Below, piece after piece: positions 44,508 through 54,146 of a DNA stretch of 64,000 nt. A program made the translations under genes and the position numbers. The stretch spans positions 4,229 through 68,228 of the forward strand of contig JADHVO010000011.1 of the NCBI GenBank assembly GCA_016783965.1, read 5' to 3'. The notes under the pieces are model-generated. The model had not been told where the DNA came from. It made no database searches and was given only the letters and a program-made list of their open reading frames with translations. Source of the DNA: Alphaproteobacteria bacterium. Its GTDB lineage: Bacteria; Pseudomonadota; Alphaproteobacteria; Micropepsales; Micropepsaceae. Each line of letters starts with the position of its first letter. Position 1 is the first letter of the stretch.

Positions 44508-46241
44508 GTGTCACCAAAGAAAAACGCCGTCGACGAAATCTTTCGCGACGATCCACTGCTCCTTAAGGCCGAAAGCCAAGCGGCCTACGGCAAGGAACTG
44601 CTTGAGAATGTGCTTCTCATGCGGACGTCGAAATTCGGACTGCCTCGCATCGTTGACCTTCATGATCCGGCAACTTACCTGCCTTCGCCAAACCCGGAGC
44701 AACCACCGCAACCGACACCCGACCTCGCCAAAAGGTATTTGCAGAGCATCATTTTGCGCGAAAAACTCAATCTAACTCAGGAAGAGGAAGATGCGCTCAA
44801 GCGTGTGACCGTCATGTCCCGAGGCGAACGCACGACTCGACGCCTCCCCCCGGAGAAAAAGAAGGACCCAAAGGCTAAACCGAAGTTTCAGACCCACGAA
44901 AAAGCAAAAGCGGCCCTTAAGAAAAAAAACATCGACATCGACAGCCGACTTCGCATAGCTGCCGTGGGCACACGGGTTCGGATCAGCAAGCTCATCGATA
45001 AAGCCTATCTCGACGAGGATCTTTGCCTCGCAAAACCGCTCGATGCCGGCCAAGCCATAGAAGGAATGCCTGATAGGGCAGGTATTCCCGAACTCGGACG
45101 CACTCGACGCCTTCAAAGTCCGGAGAGCGATGCTCGCTGGAAGCGCTGGAAAGACACAGTTTGCAGCCACATTAAGACCGCGGCCGCCAGCGGATGCCAA
45201 ATCATCGCCTTGCCCGAATTCGGACTCCCTCCGGAGGTGGACGGCGATCACATCGAAAACCAGATCCGCGATTGCTGTTTCCCCGGAGGCGACGGACAGC
45301 ACTTTTCTCATTTCATATTTGCCGGGTCGCGCCACGAAGGGGGATCAAATCGAGGGCTTGTCATCTACCATAAGCAGGGTGAGAAGCCTCATCGGCAGGA
45401 GTGGCACTACAAACTCGCCTCGGCGAGGGCGCTGAGCGAGAATATCCTCGGCCCACGCAGCGACAAATACATTACCTACAAAGTCGACGTGAAGGGATCG
45501 GATGGCAAGTCATTTCCTATTCATGTCACACCGGCGATCTGCTTCGACACATTCGACCCCTCGACCTTTCTGTCGCTCGTGCGTCAGTCAGCAACCATCT
45601 TGGCGACGCAGACATCGCACATCATTCTGGTCCCGTCTTTCAATCCGTCCGACGACTTCGTCGAGCTCTTGCGCGATCTTAGCTTCTTAACCGGTGCCGT
45701 GGTCGTTTATGTCAACAGCCTGCATGGCGACGCACGCGTGTTTATCGCGGGATGCGCGGTCGGCGCAGTCCTCGACGGCGGTGGAGCAACGCTGCTGGCG
45801 AAAATGGAAGAGCATCTCGACACTATGCAAGCGGTCAGGAAGGCCGCGCCAGAGGATATCGATAGAGCAAGGAAGAGCGGAGATCGTCATCTGGCGGAAC
45901 AGCTCCGAAAGCGCTCGACGCTATACCGCGACCTCACGCCGGTTCTTAAGGATCTACGAAGTAGCCTGAAGGACGTGATCGATCGCGGAGGGCTCGATCA
46001 TATAATCACTGTCGAGTTCTGTCAGGAGTGCAAGGATAAGTCGCATACGGACGATTATGGCTGCAATGCGGACATCCTGTATTACAACCTCGATGCTGAG
46101 CTGCTCGACATTTTGAAGCTTTGGCGCCACACCTACATAACGTTGGACGAGTCCTTTATTCCCGCGCCGTTCCATTACAAGCGCCTTCTCCAAGCGATCG
46201 ATGAAGACGAGGAGCGGAACGTAAGACGCGACAGCAATTAG
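44508..46241 (+). CDS. 577-aa protein with a central nitrilase/CN-hydrolase-like E-K-C core and unique N- and C-terminal extensions
   Basis: GTG start after a GAGGA Shine-Dalgarno. QIIALPEFG (Glu), WHYKLASA (Lys, 65 aa later) and TPAICFDTF (Cys, 43 aa later). Lys-rich N-terminal segment. Cys/His-containing C-terminus (FCQECKDKSHTDDYGC). Confidence 0.55.
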   Translation: MSPKKNAVDEIFRDDPLLLKAESQAAYGKELLENVLLMRTSKFGLPRIVDLHDPATYLPSPNPEQPPQPTPDLAKRYLQSIILREKLNLTQEEEDALKRVTVMSRGERTTRRLPPEKKKDPKAKPKFQTHEKAKAALKKKNIDIDSRLRIAAVGTRVRISKLIDKAYLDEDLCLAKPLDAGQAIEGMPDRAGIPELGRTRRLQSPESDARWKRWKDTVCSHIKTAAASGCQIIALPEFGLPPEVDGDHIENQIRDCCFPGGDGQHFSHFIFAGSRHEGGSNRGLVIYHKQGEKPHRQEWHYKLASARALSENILGPRSDKYITYKVDVKGSDGKSFPIHVTPAICFDTFDPSTFLSLVRQSATILATQTSHIILVPSFNPSDDFVELLRDLSFLTGAVVVYVNSLHGDARVFIAGCAVGAVLDGGGATLLAKMEEHLDTMQAVRKAAPEDIDRARKSGDRHLAEQLRKRSTLYRDLTPVLKDLRSSLKDVIDRGGLDHIITVEFCQECKDKSHTDDYGCNADILYYNLDAELLDILKLWRHTYITLDESFIPAPFHYKRLLQAIDEDEERNVRRDSN

Positions 46242-46395
46242 GCTCGTGTCGTTTAAGCCGTGCGCACAGCCTGGTCTTATGTTTGGCGGGACTAGGTGGG
46301 TTGAGGCGATTTGGCAGCAGCCCTGTGCTGAGGACTCCGTTAGCCATATCCGCGTAAGGTGTTGATGTCACAAGGGTATTTTTATACTTGGCTTC

Positions 46396-46423
46396 TGTCA
46401 GAAATTATACTATATTTCTGACA
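46396..46423. promoter_or_regulatory. perfect 10-bp inverted repeat overlapping the abiE promoter (AbiEi operator candidate)
   Basis: TGTCAGAAAT-N8-ATTTCTGACA spans the spacer and -10 of TTGGCT(46388)-17 nt-TATATT(46411). Confidence 0.55.
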
Positions 46424-46428
46424 CGGAG

Positions 46429-47037
46429 ATGCACATGATGAACTCGCTGACCGAGAAAGTTTTGAGCTATGTGGAAACGCAGCCAGAGGGTACGCCTCTG
46501 ACAGCGAAGGGGCTACTGCATCTGTCCAACCGCGCGGCCATTGATCAAACACTCTCTCGGCTCGCGAGAAACGGCCGCGTCTTGCGCGTTGGACGCGGTC
46601 TCTATGTTCGGCCCGTAGCAACGAAATTTGGTCCCAGAGCTCCATTTCCGGAGAAGCTGATCGAAGGAATTGCACGCACGAGCGGAGAAACGATTGTGTC
46701 GAGTGGAGCTACGGCAGCAAACGAACTTGGCCTGACGACACAAGTACCGGTTAGGACCGTCTATCTAACTTCGGGCCGCAGTCGCAGGCTATCGCTCGGC
46801 AAGCAGTCCATCGAACTTCGGCATGCAAGTTCGCGAAGCCTTGCGAAGCCAACCGAGAGAGCAGGGCAGGCAGCCCGGGCCCTTACTTGGCTTGGGCCGC
46901 GGGAAGCGAGGCGCGCCCTATCGGTGCTAACCCATCGGTTGGAGCCGCGAGAATTGGAAGAGTTGCAGGCTATGCGCCCCGTTTTGCCTGGATGGCTAGC
47001 CCAAACCGTGAGCACACTAGTGCCAACGAATGGCTGA
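46429..47037 (+). CDS. abiEi: AbiEi-family type IV antitoxin / transcriptional regulator
   Basis: N-terminal wHTH-like region (LTAKGLLHLSNRAAIDQTLSRLARNGRVLRVGRGLY). C-terminal GATAANELGLTTQVP. 8-nt overlap with abiEii. The start is probably ATG 46435. Confidence 0.8.
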   Translation: MHMMNSLTEKVLSYVETQPEGTPLTAKGLLHLSNRAAIDQTLSRLARNGRVLRVGRGLYVRPVATKFGPRAPFPEKLIEGIARTSGETIVSSGATAANELGLTTQVPVRTVYLTSGRSRRLSLGKQSIELRHASSRSLAKPTERAGQAARALTWLGPREARRALSVLTHRLEPRELEELQAMRPVLPGWLAQTVSTLVPTNG

Positions 47038-48070
47038 GAGCTATTTTACGCTCTCCGCCCAGGAAAAACAGGATGCGCTAGCTGTCGCACAGACTGCACT
47101 CGGGCGTCCGCTCCACCTTCTTGAGAAAGACATCTGGGTGGTGTGGACGCTCGAGCAGCTCTTTGCCTCGCCCTTCGCTGAGCACATGGTCTTCAAAGGA
47201 GGAACATCGCTCTCAAAGGCCTATCACGCGATCGATCGCTTCTCGGAAGACATCGATATCACCTACGACATCCGTACCATTGCAGGCGACCTCACCAAGC
47301 AAACCACGGACGGATGGCCGAAGTCTCGAAGCCAACAGGAACGATGGACTGATGAGATCAGAAAGCGCCTCGCTGATTGGGTGAAATCCACAGCGCTTCC
47401 CTATTTCGAAGCCAAGCTCTTGGAGATCGATCCGGAAGCAAAAGTCACCGCCGAAAACGACACGCTCGTCATCACCTATATCGCGGTTGGAACCGGAACT
47501 GGATATGTGGCCCCGCGAGTCAAAATCGAATTTGGCGCTCGCTCGACCGGGGAACCGTCTGAGTTGCGTGAGATCGTGGCCGACGCCGCGATCCTGCTGA
47601 AAGAGATCGATTTTCCACGGTGCAATGCGCGCACAATGCGCGCGGAACGAACCTTCTGGGAAAAAGCGACGGCCGTGCACGTCTTTTGCCTTCAAGGCAA
47701 ACTCGGCGGCGACCGCTATTCCCGTCATTGGTACGATTTGGTCCAACTGGATCGGGCAGGCGTCGCCACCAAAGCCATCGGCGCTCCCGATCTCGCAAGG
47801 AACGTCGCTGACCACAAAGCCATCTTTTTTCGGGAGAAAGATGCCGAGGGCAATGTCATCGACTATCTCGCGGCGGTCACGGGACAGCTGAAGCTCGTGC
47901 CCTCGGGAGAGGGCAGGGCAATCCTCGAAGCGGACTACGGAAAGATGCTTGAGGACGGCCTTCTTCCCGACGGAGCCACGCCATTTGCCGTGCTCATGGA
48001 CGCCTGCGCCGATCTTGAAAAACGAGCGAATGCTCCCGCCACCGGAGAAAAAGAGAAAATATCGAAGTAA
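47030..48070 (+). CDS. abiEii: AbiEii/AbiGii nucleotidyltransferase toxin
   Basis: LEKDIWVVW...MVFKGGTSLSKAY...RFSEDIDITYD (NTase GS...DxD motif). Confidence 0.9.
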   Translation: MAESYFTLSAQEKQDALAVAQTALGRPLHLLEKDIWVVWTLEQLFASPFAEHMVFKGGTSLSKAYHAIDRFSEDIDITYDIRTIAGDLTKQTTDGWPKSRSQQERWTDEIRKRLADWVKSTALPYFEAKLLEIDPEAKVTAENDTLVITYIAVGTGTGYVAPRVKIEFGARSTGEPSELREIVADAAILLKEIDFPRCNARTMRAERTFWEKATAVHVFCLQGKLGGDRYSRHWYDLVQLDRAGVATKAIGAPDLARNVADHKAIFFREKDAEGNVIDYLAAVTGQLKLVPSGEGRAILEADYGKMLEDGLLPDGATPFAVLMDACADLEKRANAPATGEKEKISK

Positions 48071-48142
48071 ACTATTGGCGATCGCCGCTTTCATCACGAA
48101 GCTGAAACGGGTCGACAAGGAACACTGGGTGAAGGGGGAGAC

Positions 48143-50803
48143 TTGGAGCCCACTGCGCGCCGCACAATCGTCGTCGAGGGACCGCTGGCCTATCACAGGC
48201 GTCGGCTTGCGGCTGCGCGCAAGAGCGAGGCCGGGGTTCAAATTCTCGCAATGCCCCACATCGCGGCACGGCTTGCCGGCGGATTTCAGCGTCCCGCGCG
48301 GGGCCAGGATCTCGACGCGGCAATTCGCAACGCGCTCAGGGTAGGGACCTTCGAAGATATCGGCCGCATGCAGGAATTGCCGGGGATGCCCCGTGCGATT
48401 GCACGCGCGCTGACCAAGCTGTGGCTGGCAGACGCCGATATCAGCGAAGCGGCAAAGCGCCATGGTCGATTGCGCGACCTCCTAATTGTCGAACGGCTGG
48501 TGCGCGAGACGTTGCCTGCTGGCGCCCTGACCATTCGTGATCTACGCGATGCGGCGCTGGCGCGTGTTGTCCATGCGCGCACTGTGCTCGGTGACATTGA
48601 GCTTGACCTGCGAGGCGATGTCGCGCCGCTCTGGCGGCAACTGATACTCGGCCTCACGAGAAACGTCGGCGTGACTTGGCGCGAGCTTTCGACGGCCGCG
48701 AGCTGGTTTCCCGGTGAGACGGTCGACGCAGAGCCCACAGCAGCCCCGCCGCCATCCGTGCGCGTTTCATGCGCAAATCCACGATCAGAAGCGATTGAAG
48801 CGCTGCGCTGGATGCGCGAACTCCTAGCAAAGGGTGTGCCCCCAGCCGAGATCGCCATTTCCGCAACAAGTACGGAAACGTGGGACGAGCATTTCGATGC
48901 TCTCTCTATGGAGTCGGCGCTTCCGCTTCACTTCTCTCACGGTCGCGGCGGCCTCGCGACCTATGACGGCCAAACATGCGCGGCCCTTGCCGATGTGCTG
49001 ATCCAGGGCCTCAATCAACGGCGCGTCCGGCGTTTATTTCGTTACGCGCGGCGAAGTAAAGGTCTCGAAGGCTTGCTTCCGAGCTGGAGCCGGCCGCTCA
49101 GAAGAGATGCGGCACTCCTGAGCGTGCAACATTGGCAGCATGCACTCGATCAAATTTCTCTCGGCGAGGGTGAGATCGATCCACGCCCTATTGTCATGCC
49201 GATCATCACACTGCTCGCGCGCGGCCCTGAAGTGGCCGAAGAAGCCGGTGCGCTTCTCCTTGAGAAGAGAGCGCGAGCGCTCTGGACAGACGCTCTGCGG
49301 CGGGCGCCCGCAAGCGCGTTGCTCCTATCCCTTGAAGAGTTGCGTCTTCCGGATCGGCGCGACCCCGGTGCATCTGTCGTCTGGTGCCCGGCCCATCATC
49401 TTGCGGAGGCGCCTCGAGCATATGTTCGCCTGCTTGGCCTCAACGCACGTAGCTGGCCGCGGCGCGGGAGCGAGGACCCAATCCTCCCAAGCCATATGGT
49501 CAGTGGCGGCATGCTTGATCCAACATGGATCACGCAGCAGGATCGCGAGCATTTCCGGATCATCCTCGGGCGCGCGAGCAAGGCATTGATCCTGTCGCGG
49601 AGCCGGCGCGATGCGCAGGGCAAGACCTTGCCGCCGAGCTCGCTCGTCGCGCAGAGCAGCGGAGCCGAGCTTGAACTGAAGCGGACAAGAAGTCCCTCTC
49701 ACGCCTTCGGCGAGGGCGACAGGCTCCTCGCAAGGCCCGAAGAAGCCGCGACGTTGCCGCAAATCAATTCGGCAAGTCTCTGCTGGCAGAACCGGCAGAG
49801 CAGGGCGGTCACGGCCCATGACGGCCAGGTGAGAGAAGATCATCCGCTTGTGTTGCGCGCCCTCGGCCGCGTGCAATCGGCGACGTCTCTTAAGGCGCTC
49901 CTTCGAGATCCGCTCGGATTTGTCTGGCGTTATGGTCTTCGCTGGTCAGCCCCGGCCCTTGATAACCAGCCGCTGCGCCTTGAGCCGCGGGTCTACGGCG
50001 AACTCGTCCACGACATTCTGAAACACGCGGTTCTCGCGCTTGAGCCAGCGCCCGGATTTCGCCAGGCGGACCCACAGCAAATCCAGGCAGCCATTGAGGA
50101 AGCCCGCGTCCTCATCCGACAGAAGTGGCCGCTGGAAAAACCGGTTCCACCCGGGATGCTTTGGGATCATACGCTCGCGCGGGCAGCCGATCTGGCCAAT
50201 ATGGCGCTTGGGCTCGATCCACGTATTACGGCCGGATCGCAAAGCTGGCCTGAGGCCCTCTTCGGGCAAGCAGAGGCTTCAGGCGCGCACACAGACCTGC
50301 CTTGGCCCGTCGATGTCCCTGTGCCCATCCCCGGCACCGACGTAACCGTCAACGGCAAGATCGATCGCCTCGATATTCGCATCGACGATACTCGTCGCGC
50401 AGCGCAGGTCACCGACTATAAGACCGGCAAGCCGGCGGCGGCAGGCATAATCCTCAACGGTGGCCGCGAACTACAGAGGGTCACCTATGTTCTGGCGGTT
50501 AGACATCTGCGGCCCGACATCACCGCGTGGCAGGCACGGCTCGTCTATCTTACCGATGAGGGCCCGAGCACGGACAGGCTCGTAAATATCGATGGCGCTA
50601 TAGGCACCCTAACGCAGAACGTTACCGCAGCGAGTGCACTGGTCAGGCGCGGCATAACACTGCCTGGAGAGGATGCGGAAGACGACACCTATGATTTGCG
50701 TCTTGCGCATCCCGCGTCGCGACGTGTGTATTTCGAGGCTAAGCGAAACGCGATAGGGCGCGTTCTTGGCGCAACTTTTGTGGAGTCGTGGGCATGCCCC
50801 TAG
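48143..50803 (+). CDS. AddB-like PD-(D/E)xK nuclease subunit (no Walker A)
   Basis: 886 aa. The C-terminal RecB-type nuclease motif is VNGKIDRLDI...QVTDYKTGK...QRVTY. No GxxGxGKT motif and no obvious 4-Cys cluster. Confidence 0.8.
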   Translation: MEPTARRTIVVEGPLAYHRRRLAAARKSEAGVQILAMPHIAARLAGGFQRPARGQDLDAAIRNALRVGTFEDIGRMQELPGMPRAIARALTKLWLADADISEAAKRHGRLRDLLIVERLVRETLPAGALTIRDLRDAALARVVHARTVLGDIELDLRGDVAPLWRQLILGLTRNVGVTWRELSTAASWFPGETVDAEPTAAPPPSVRVSCANPRSEAIEALRWMRELLAKGVPPAEIAISATSTETWDEHFDALSMESALPLHFSHGRGGLATYDGQTCAALADVLIQGLNQRRVRRLFRYARRSKGLEGLLPSWSRPLRRDAALLSVQHWQHALDQISLGEGEIDPRPIVMPIITLLARGPEVAEEAGALLLEKRARALWTDALRRAPASALLLSLEELRLPDRRDPGASVVWCPAHHLAEAPRAYVRLLGLNARSWPRRGSEDPILPSHMVSGGMLDPTWITQQDREHFRIILGRASKALILSRSRRDAQGKTLPPSSLVAQSSGAELELKRTRSPSHAFGEGDRLLARPEEAATLPQINSASLCWQNRQSRAVTAHDGQVREDHPLVLRALGRVQSATSLKALLRDPLGFVWRYGLRWSAPALDNQPLRLEPRVYGELVHDILKHAVLALEPAPGFRQADPQQIQAAIEEARVLIRQKWPLEKPVPPGMLWDHTLARAADLANMALGLDPRITAGSQSWPEALFGQAEASGAHTDLPWPVDVPVPIPGTDVTVNGKIDRLDIRIDDTRRAAQVTDYKTGKPAAAGIILNGGRELQRVTYVLAVRHLRPDITAWQARLVYLTDEGPSTDRLVNIDGAIGTLTQNVTAASALVRRGITLPGEDAEDDTYDLRLAHPASRRVYFEAKRNAIGRVLGATFVESWACP

Positions 50804-53800
50804 ACGACCTCCGCGACGCCCCGGCAAGGATCAGAGCTCTCACCGACCACACGTCGACCTTGTTGGTCGAGGCGGGCGCCGGTACGGGCAAGACAGCGCT
50901 TATGGCCGGTCGCATTGTGATGCTTCTCGCAGCGGGCGCCGATCCGCGAGAAATTGCAGCGATAACTTTTACAGAGCTGGCGGCAAGCGCGCTCGATGCT
51001 CGCGTTCACCGCTATATTACCTGGCTGCGAGCAGGTCGAATTCCGGAGACGCTTCGCCTCGCACTGCCAGATGGGGCGCTTTCCGATCCCCAGAAATCGG
51101 CACTCGCCAAAGTCGCACCTCATCTCGATCAACTGACCATCGCAACCATCCACTCTTTCTGCCAAACCCTCATTTCAAGTTACGCCGTGGAAGCGAGCAT
51201 CGATCCCGGCGCTCGGATGCTGGATGCCGATCAGGCAGGCACGTTCTTCGACAACGTGTTTGACACCTGGATCAAAGGCCGCTTCAGCCGCACTCCTCAG
51301 CCCGACGACCCGATAGCGGCACTCTCACGCGATGACCCGCGCCGCGTCGTCGATAGGCTCAGGCAATTTGCGGAGTTCAGAAGGCGTCATCGCGAGGCGC
51401 GTACTTTCGATGATGATCTCGAAGGACGGCCTGACATTGAATTGAACGAGGCGATCGCGGCGTTCCGGCGATGGGCGAACAGCCTTCCGCGGGCGCCGCA
51501 AAAGACAACCCGGCTCCTTACCGATCTCGAAAAGCTCGCGCCGTTCTTCAAAGACAGCTTCGCCACCAAGCCGGACTTCGCCCGCCTTTGGCACCTCGCA
51601 CACGAAGTGCCGGTGATTGAATGCATGGGATACCAAGGCGCATGGAAACAGGCCGAGCTTGAGTGGCCTCCGCAGGAGGCCGAATGGTCGATGGCTTCCC
51701 GCACCGACGGCGCGAGGCTTCACGCTGAAGCCAAAGCGCTTTTTGATGCTGTCGATCAGTGTTACCGCAGCATCATGGGCCGGATTGCGACCGCGACCAT
51801 GGCGCGGCTTGCTCGTGATCTTGACGAAATCATTGCGGCCTATGACCACGCGAAGCGCGCCGCGGCCGTGCTCGACTTCGACGATCTCCTCATCAAGGCA
51901 CGGGCGCTCGTACGCGGACACGAAGCTGTTCGGCAGGCGCTTGCGCGCCGCTACAGATATCTCTTTGTGGACGAGTTTCAGGATACCGATCAAATTCAGG
52001 CCGAAGTGATCTTTGCGATCGGCGCCGAGAGCCTCGGCGCAGGCTGGCACCAAAACCGGTTGCGGGAAGGCGCGCTGTTCCTCGTTGGCGATCCGAAGCA
52101 GTCGATTTACAGATTTCGCGGTGCTGATCTTGGTTGCTATTGCAAGGCGCGCGACGCCATCAATGGCGCTCATCCCGGAAACGTTCTCAAGATCAGCGAG
52201 AACTTCCGCTCCAGGGAAGACATCCTGACCTTCGTCAACGATCGATTCGGCCCGCTCTTTCGCGGAACCGGTCTGGACTATGAGGATCTGACCTCGACGC
52301 GCGTGCCCCCCGTCCACAACCTGCCGGTCGTCTCAAGGTTGCCCATCAATGCTGACGGAAGGAAGAAGGAGAGCCTCCGGCGTGCGGAGGCGGAAGCCGT
52401 TGCCGATCTCTGTGCGCGCCTTATCGGCAATATCGAAGTCCGTGAGGGCGAAGGCACGCGCCCGCTGAAACCAGGCGATATTGCCCTTCTCTCGCCGGGC
52501 TGGACCGACCTCTGGCGATATGAGCACGCCCTTGAAAGCAGGGGGCTCCCGATCGCGACGCAAGCAGGAAAAGGCTTCTTTGGCAGGCAAGAGGTCCAGG
52601 ACCTGCTTTCCCTCGCGCGCACGCTTGCCGATCCGCGCGATTACCTCGCCTTTGGCGCTCTGATGAGAGGACCTCTGATTGGCCTCAAAGATGAGGAATT
52701 ATTGGATATCGTCGAGCGGTTGCCGCCGTCGCTGGACGAGCCGGGGGCCATCCCGCGATTTTCCCTGATGACTCCGACCGAAGAGGTCGCGGATCACGCG
52801 CTTGCGCAAGCGACGCTCGAAATCCTGAAATCGCTCCAGCGCAAAGCTATGAGCACGACCCCCGGGCTCCTGCTCACCGAGGCCATTGAGCGTCTCAACA
52901 TAAGGGCGATCGTGACGGCCCGCGATACGCGCGACAGCGGACGCGCCGTCGCCAACCTTGAATTGTTTCTCGAGCGGGCGCGCGGTTATCGCGTCCGCGG
53001 TCTCGGCCAGTTTGTCCAGGACGTCACCCGCGAGTGGTCGGAGAGAAACAACGCGCAAGTCGAAGGCCAAATTGATGCCGACGGCAGCGCGATCAATCTG
53101 ATCACGATCCACAGCGCCAAGGGCCTCGAGTGGCCGGTCGTCATTCCGGTCAACATGTGCTCGGGTTTCGGCCAGAGACCGAGGCTGCTGCATCGTCCGG
53201 CCGACGATACGCTGCACTGGGTCATTGATGACGTTGCGCCGCCATCGGTGTTTGACGCCCGCCGCTCGATCGAGGCGGAGAATGAGTGCGAGCGCCAGCG
53301 GATGTGGTACGTGACCTGCACGCGCGCCGAGGAATTGCTCATCGTCCCTGACATCCCGCGACTCCGCTATCAGTCATGGTCCGGTCTGGTCGAGCTGAAT
53401 GTTGGGGCTTTGCCGTCCTTTCCGCTCGAGTCTCTCCCGACGCAGCCGCGATTAGCTATCGATGAGCCTACCAATCATCAGACCAAGGAGACGTTTGACA
53501 GAGAGTTCGCCGCTATCGCTGCGAAATCCGTCGAAACGAATTGGGTGCAGCCAAGCTCCCATGACGAAGATCGCGCCGAACTGGTCGAAGCTCTTCTCAT
53601 GGCTCCGGAAGAAGCCGTCGATGCGCTCGAACCAGTGGGCGGCGGCAAGATTAGGGGCCTTGCCCTTCACAAGATGATGGAAGAGATCCTGACCGGCGAG
53701 GTGCAGGACGAGGAAACCGCCTTGGCCACCCGGGCACGGGTGTTACTTGGGGAACTGGGCAGCGAAGCAGAGGAGGGGGCTGAATTACCTGAACCGGCTG

Positions 53801-54120
53801 AGCTCGCCGCGACGGTACGCCGAACACTTCTTTTGCCCGAAATTAAGCGCCTCCGGCCCCGGCTGATCCCGGAATACCCGGTTTATGGAGCGCCCGATAA
53901 GTGGACGGCTGTTTCAGGCCGCATCGATGCGATCGCACCTGAAGATGAAGGCGCTGTTGTTGTCGACTGGAAGAGCGACATCGCCCCTTCTGAGGGCGAC
54001 ATCCAGGAACATCTCAGACAAACCAAGGACTATTGCGAAATGGTTGGCGCCCGGACGGGCCTCGTCGTTTACATGTCCACCGGCAAGATATTCCGCTTCG
54101 ATACCGGCGAGGCTCCTTAG
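50788..54120 (+). CDS. AddA-like UvrD/Rep-family helicase with a C-terminal PD-(D/E)xK nuclease
   Basis: EAGAGTGKT, DEFQDTD, VGDPKQSIYRFRGAD, TIHSAKGLEWPVV and the C-terminal GRIDAIAPEDEGAVVVDWKSD. Overlaps the upstream gene by 10-16 nt. Confidence 0.9.
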   Translation: MGMPLDDLRDAPARIRALTDHTSTLLVEAGAGTGKTALMAGRIVMLLAAGADPREIAAITFTELAASALDARVHRYITWLRAGRIPETLRLALPDGALSDPQKSALAKVAPHLDQLTIATIHSFCQTLISSYAVEASIDPGARMLDADQAGTFFDNVFDTWIKGRFSRTPQPDDPIAALSRDDPRRVVDRLRQFAEFRRRHREARTFDDDLEGRPDIELNEAIAAFRRWANSLPRAPQKTTRLLTDLEKLAPFFKDSFATKPDFARLWHLAHEVPVIECMGYQGAWKQAELEWPPQEAEWSMASRTDGARLHAEAKALFDAVDQCYRSIMGRIATATMARLARDLDEIIAAYDHAKRAAAVLDFDDLLIKARALVRGHEAVRQALARRYRYLFVDEFQDTDQIQAEVIFAIGAESLGAGWHQNRLREGALFLVGDPKQSIYRFRGADLGCYCKARDAINGAHPGNVLKISENFRSREDILTFVNDRFGPLFRGTGLDYEDLTSTRVPPVHNLPVVSRLPINADGRKKESLRRAEAEAVADLCARLIGNIEVREGEGTRPLKPGDIALLSPGWTDLWRYEHALESRGLPIATQAGKGFFGRQEVQDLLSLARTLADPRDYLAFGALMRGPLIGLKDEELLDIVERLPPSLDEPGAIPRFSLMTPTEEVADHALAQATLEILKSLQRKAMSTTPGLLLTEAIERLNIRAIVTARDTRDSGRAVANLELFLERARGYRVRGLGQFVQDVTREWSERNNAQVEGQIDADGSAINLITIHSAKGLEWPVVIPVNMCSGFGQRPRLLHRPADDTLHWVIDDVAPPSVFDARRSIEAENECERQRMWYVTCTRAEELLIVPDIPRLRYQSWSGLVELNVGALPSFPLESLPTQPRLAIDEPTNHQTKETFDREFAAIAAKSVETNWVQPSSHDEDRAELVEALLMAPEEAVDALEPVGGGKIRGLALHKMMEEILTGEVQDEETALATRARVLLGELGSEAEEGAELPEPAELAATVRRTLLLPEIKRLRPRLIPEYPVYGAPDKWTAVSGRIDAIAPEDEGAVVVDWKSDIAPSEGDIQEHLRQTKDYCEMVGARTGLVVYMSTGKIFRFDTGEAP

Positions 54121-54146
54121 AGGACTGAAGCCGCCTTCGCGCGCCT

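Noticed and set aside
47213-48463. 416-aa minus-strand ORF opposite abiEii and the start of the addB-like gene
   Set aside because: It spans two well-supported plus-strand genes and the gap between them. No motifs. A GC-driven open frame.
51325-52317. 330-aa minus-strand ORF opposite the AddA-like helicase
   Set aside because: The helicase motifs I-VI are all in the plus frame, so this antisense frame is a shadow.
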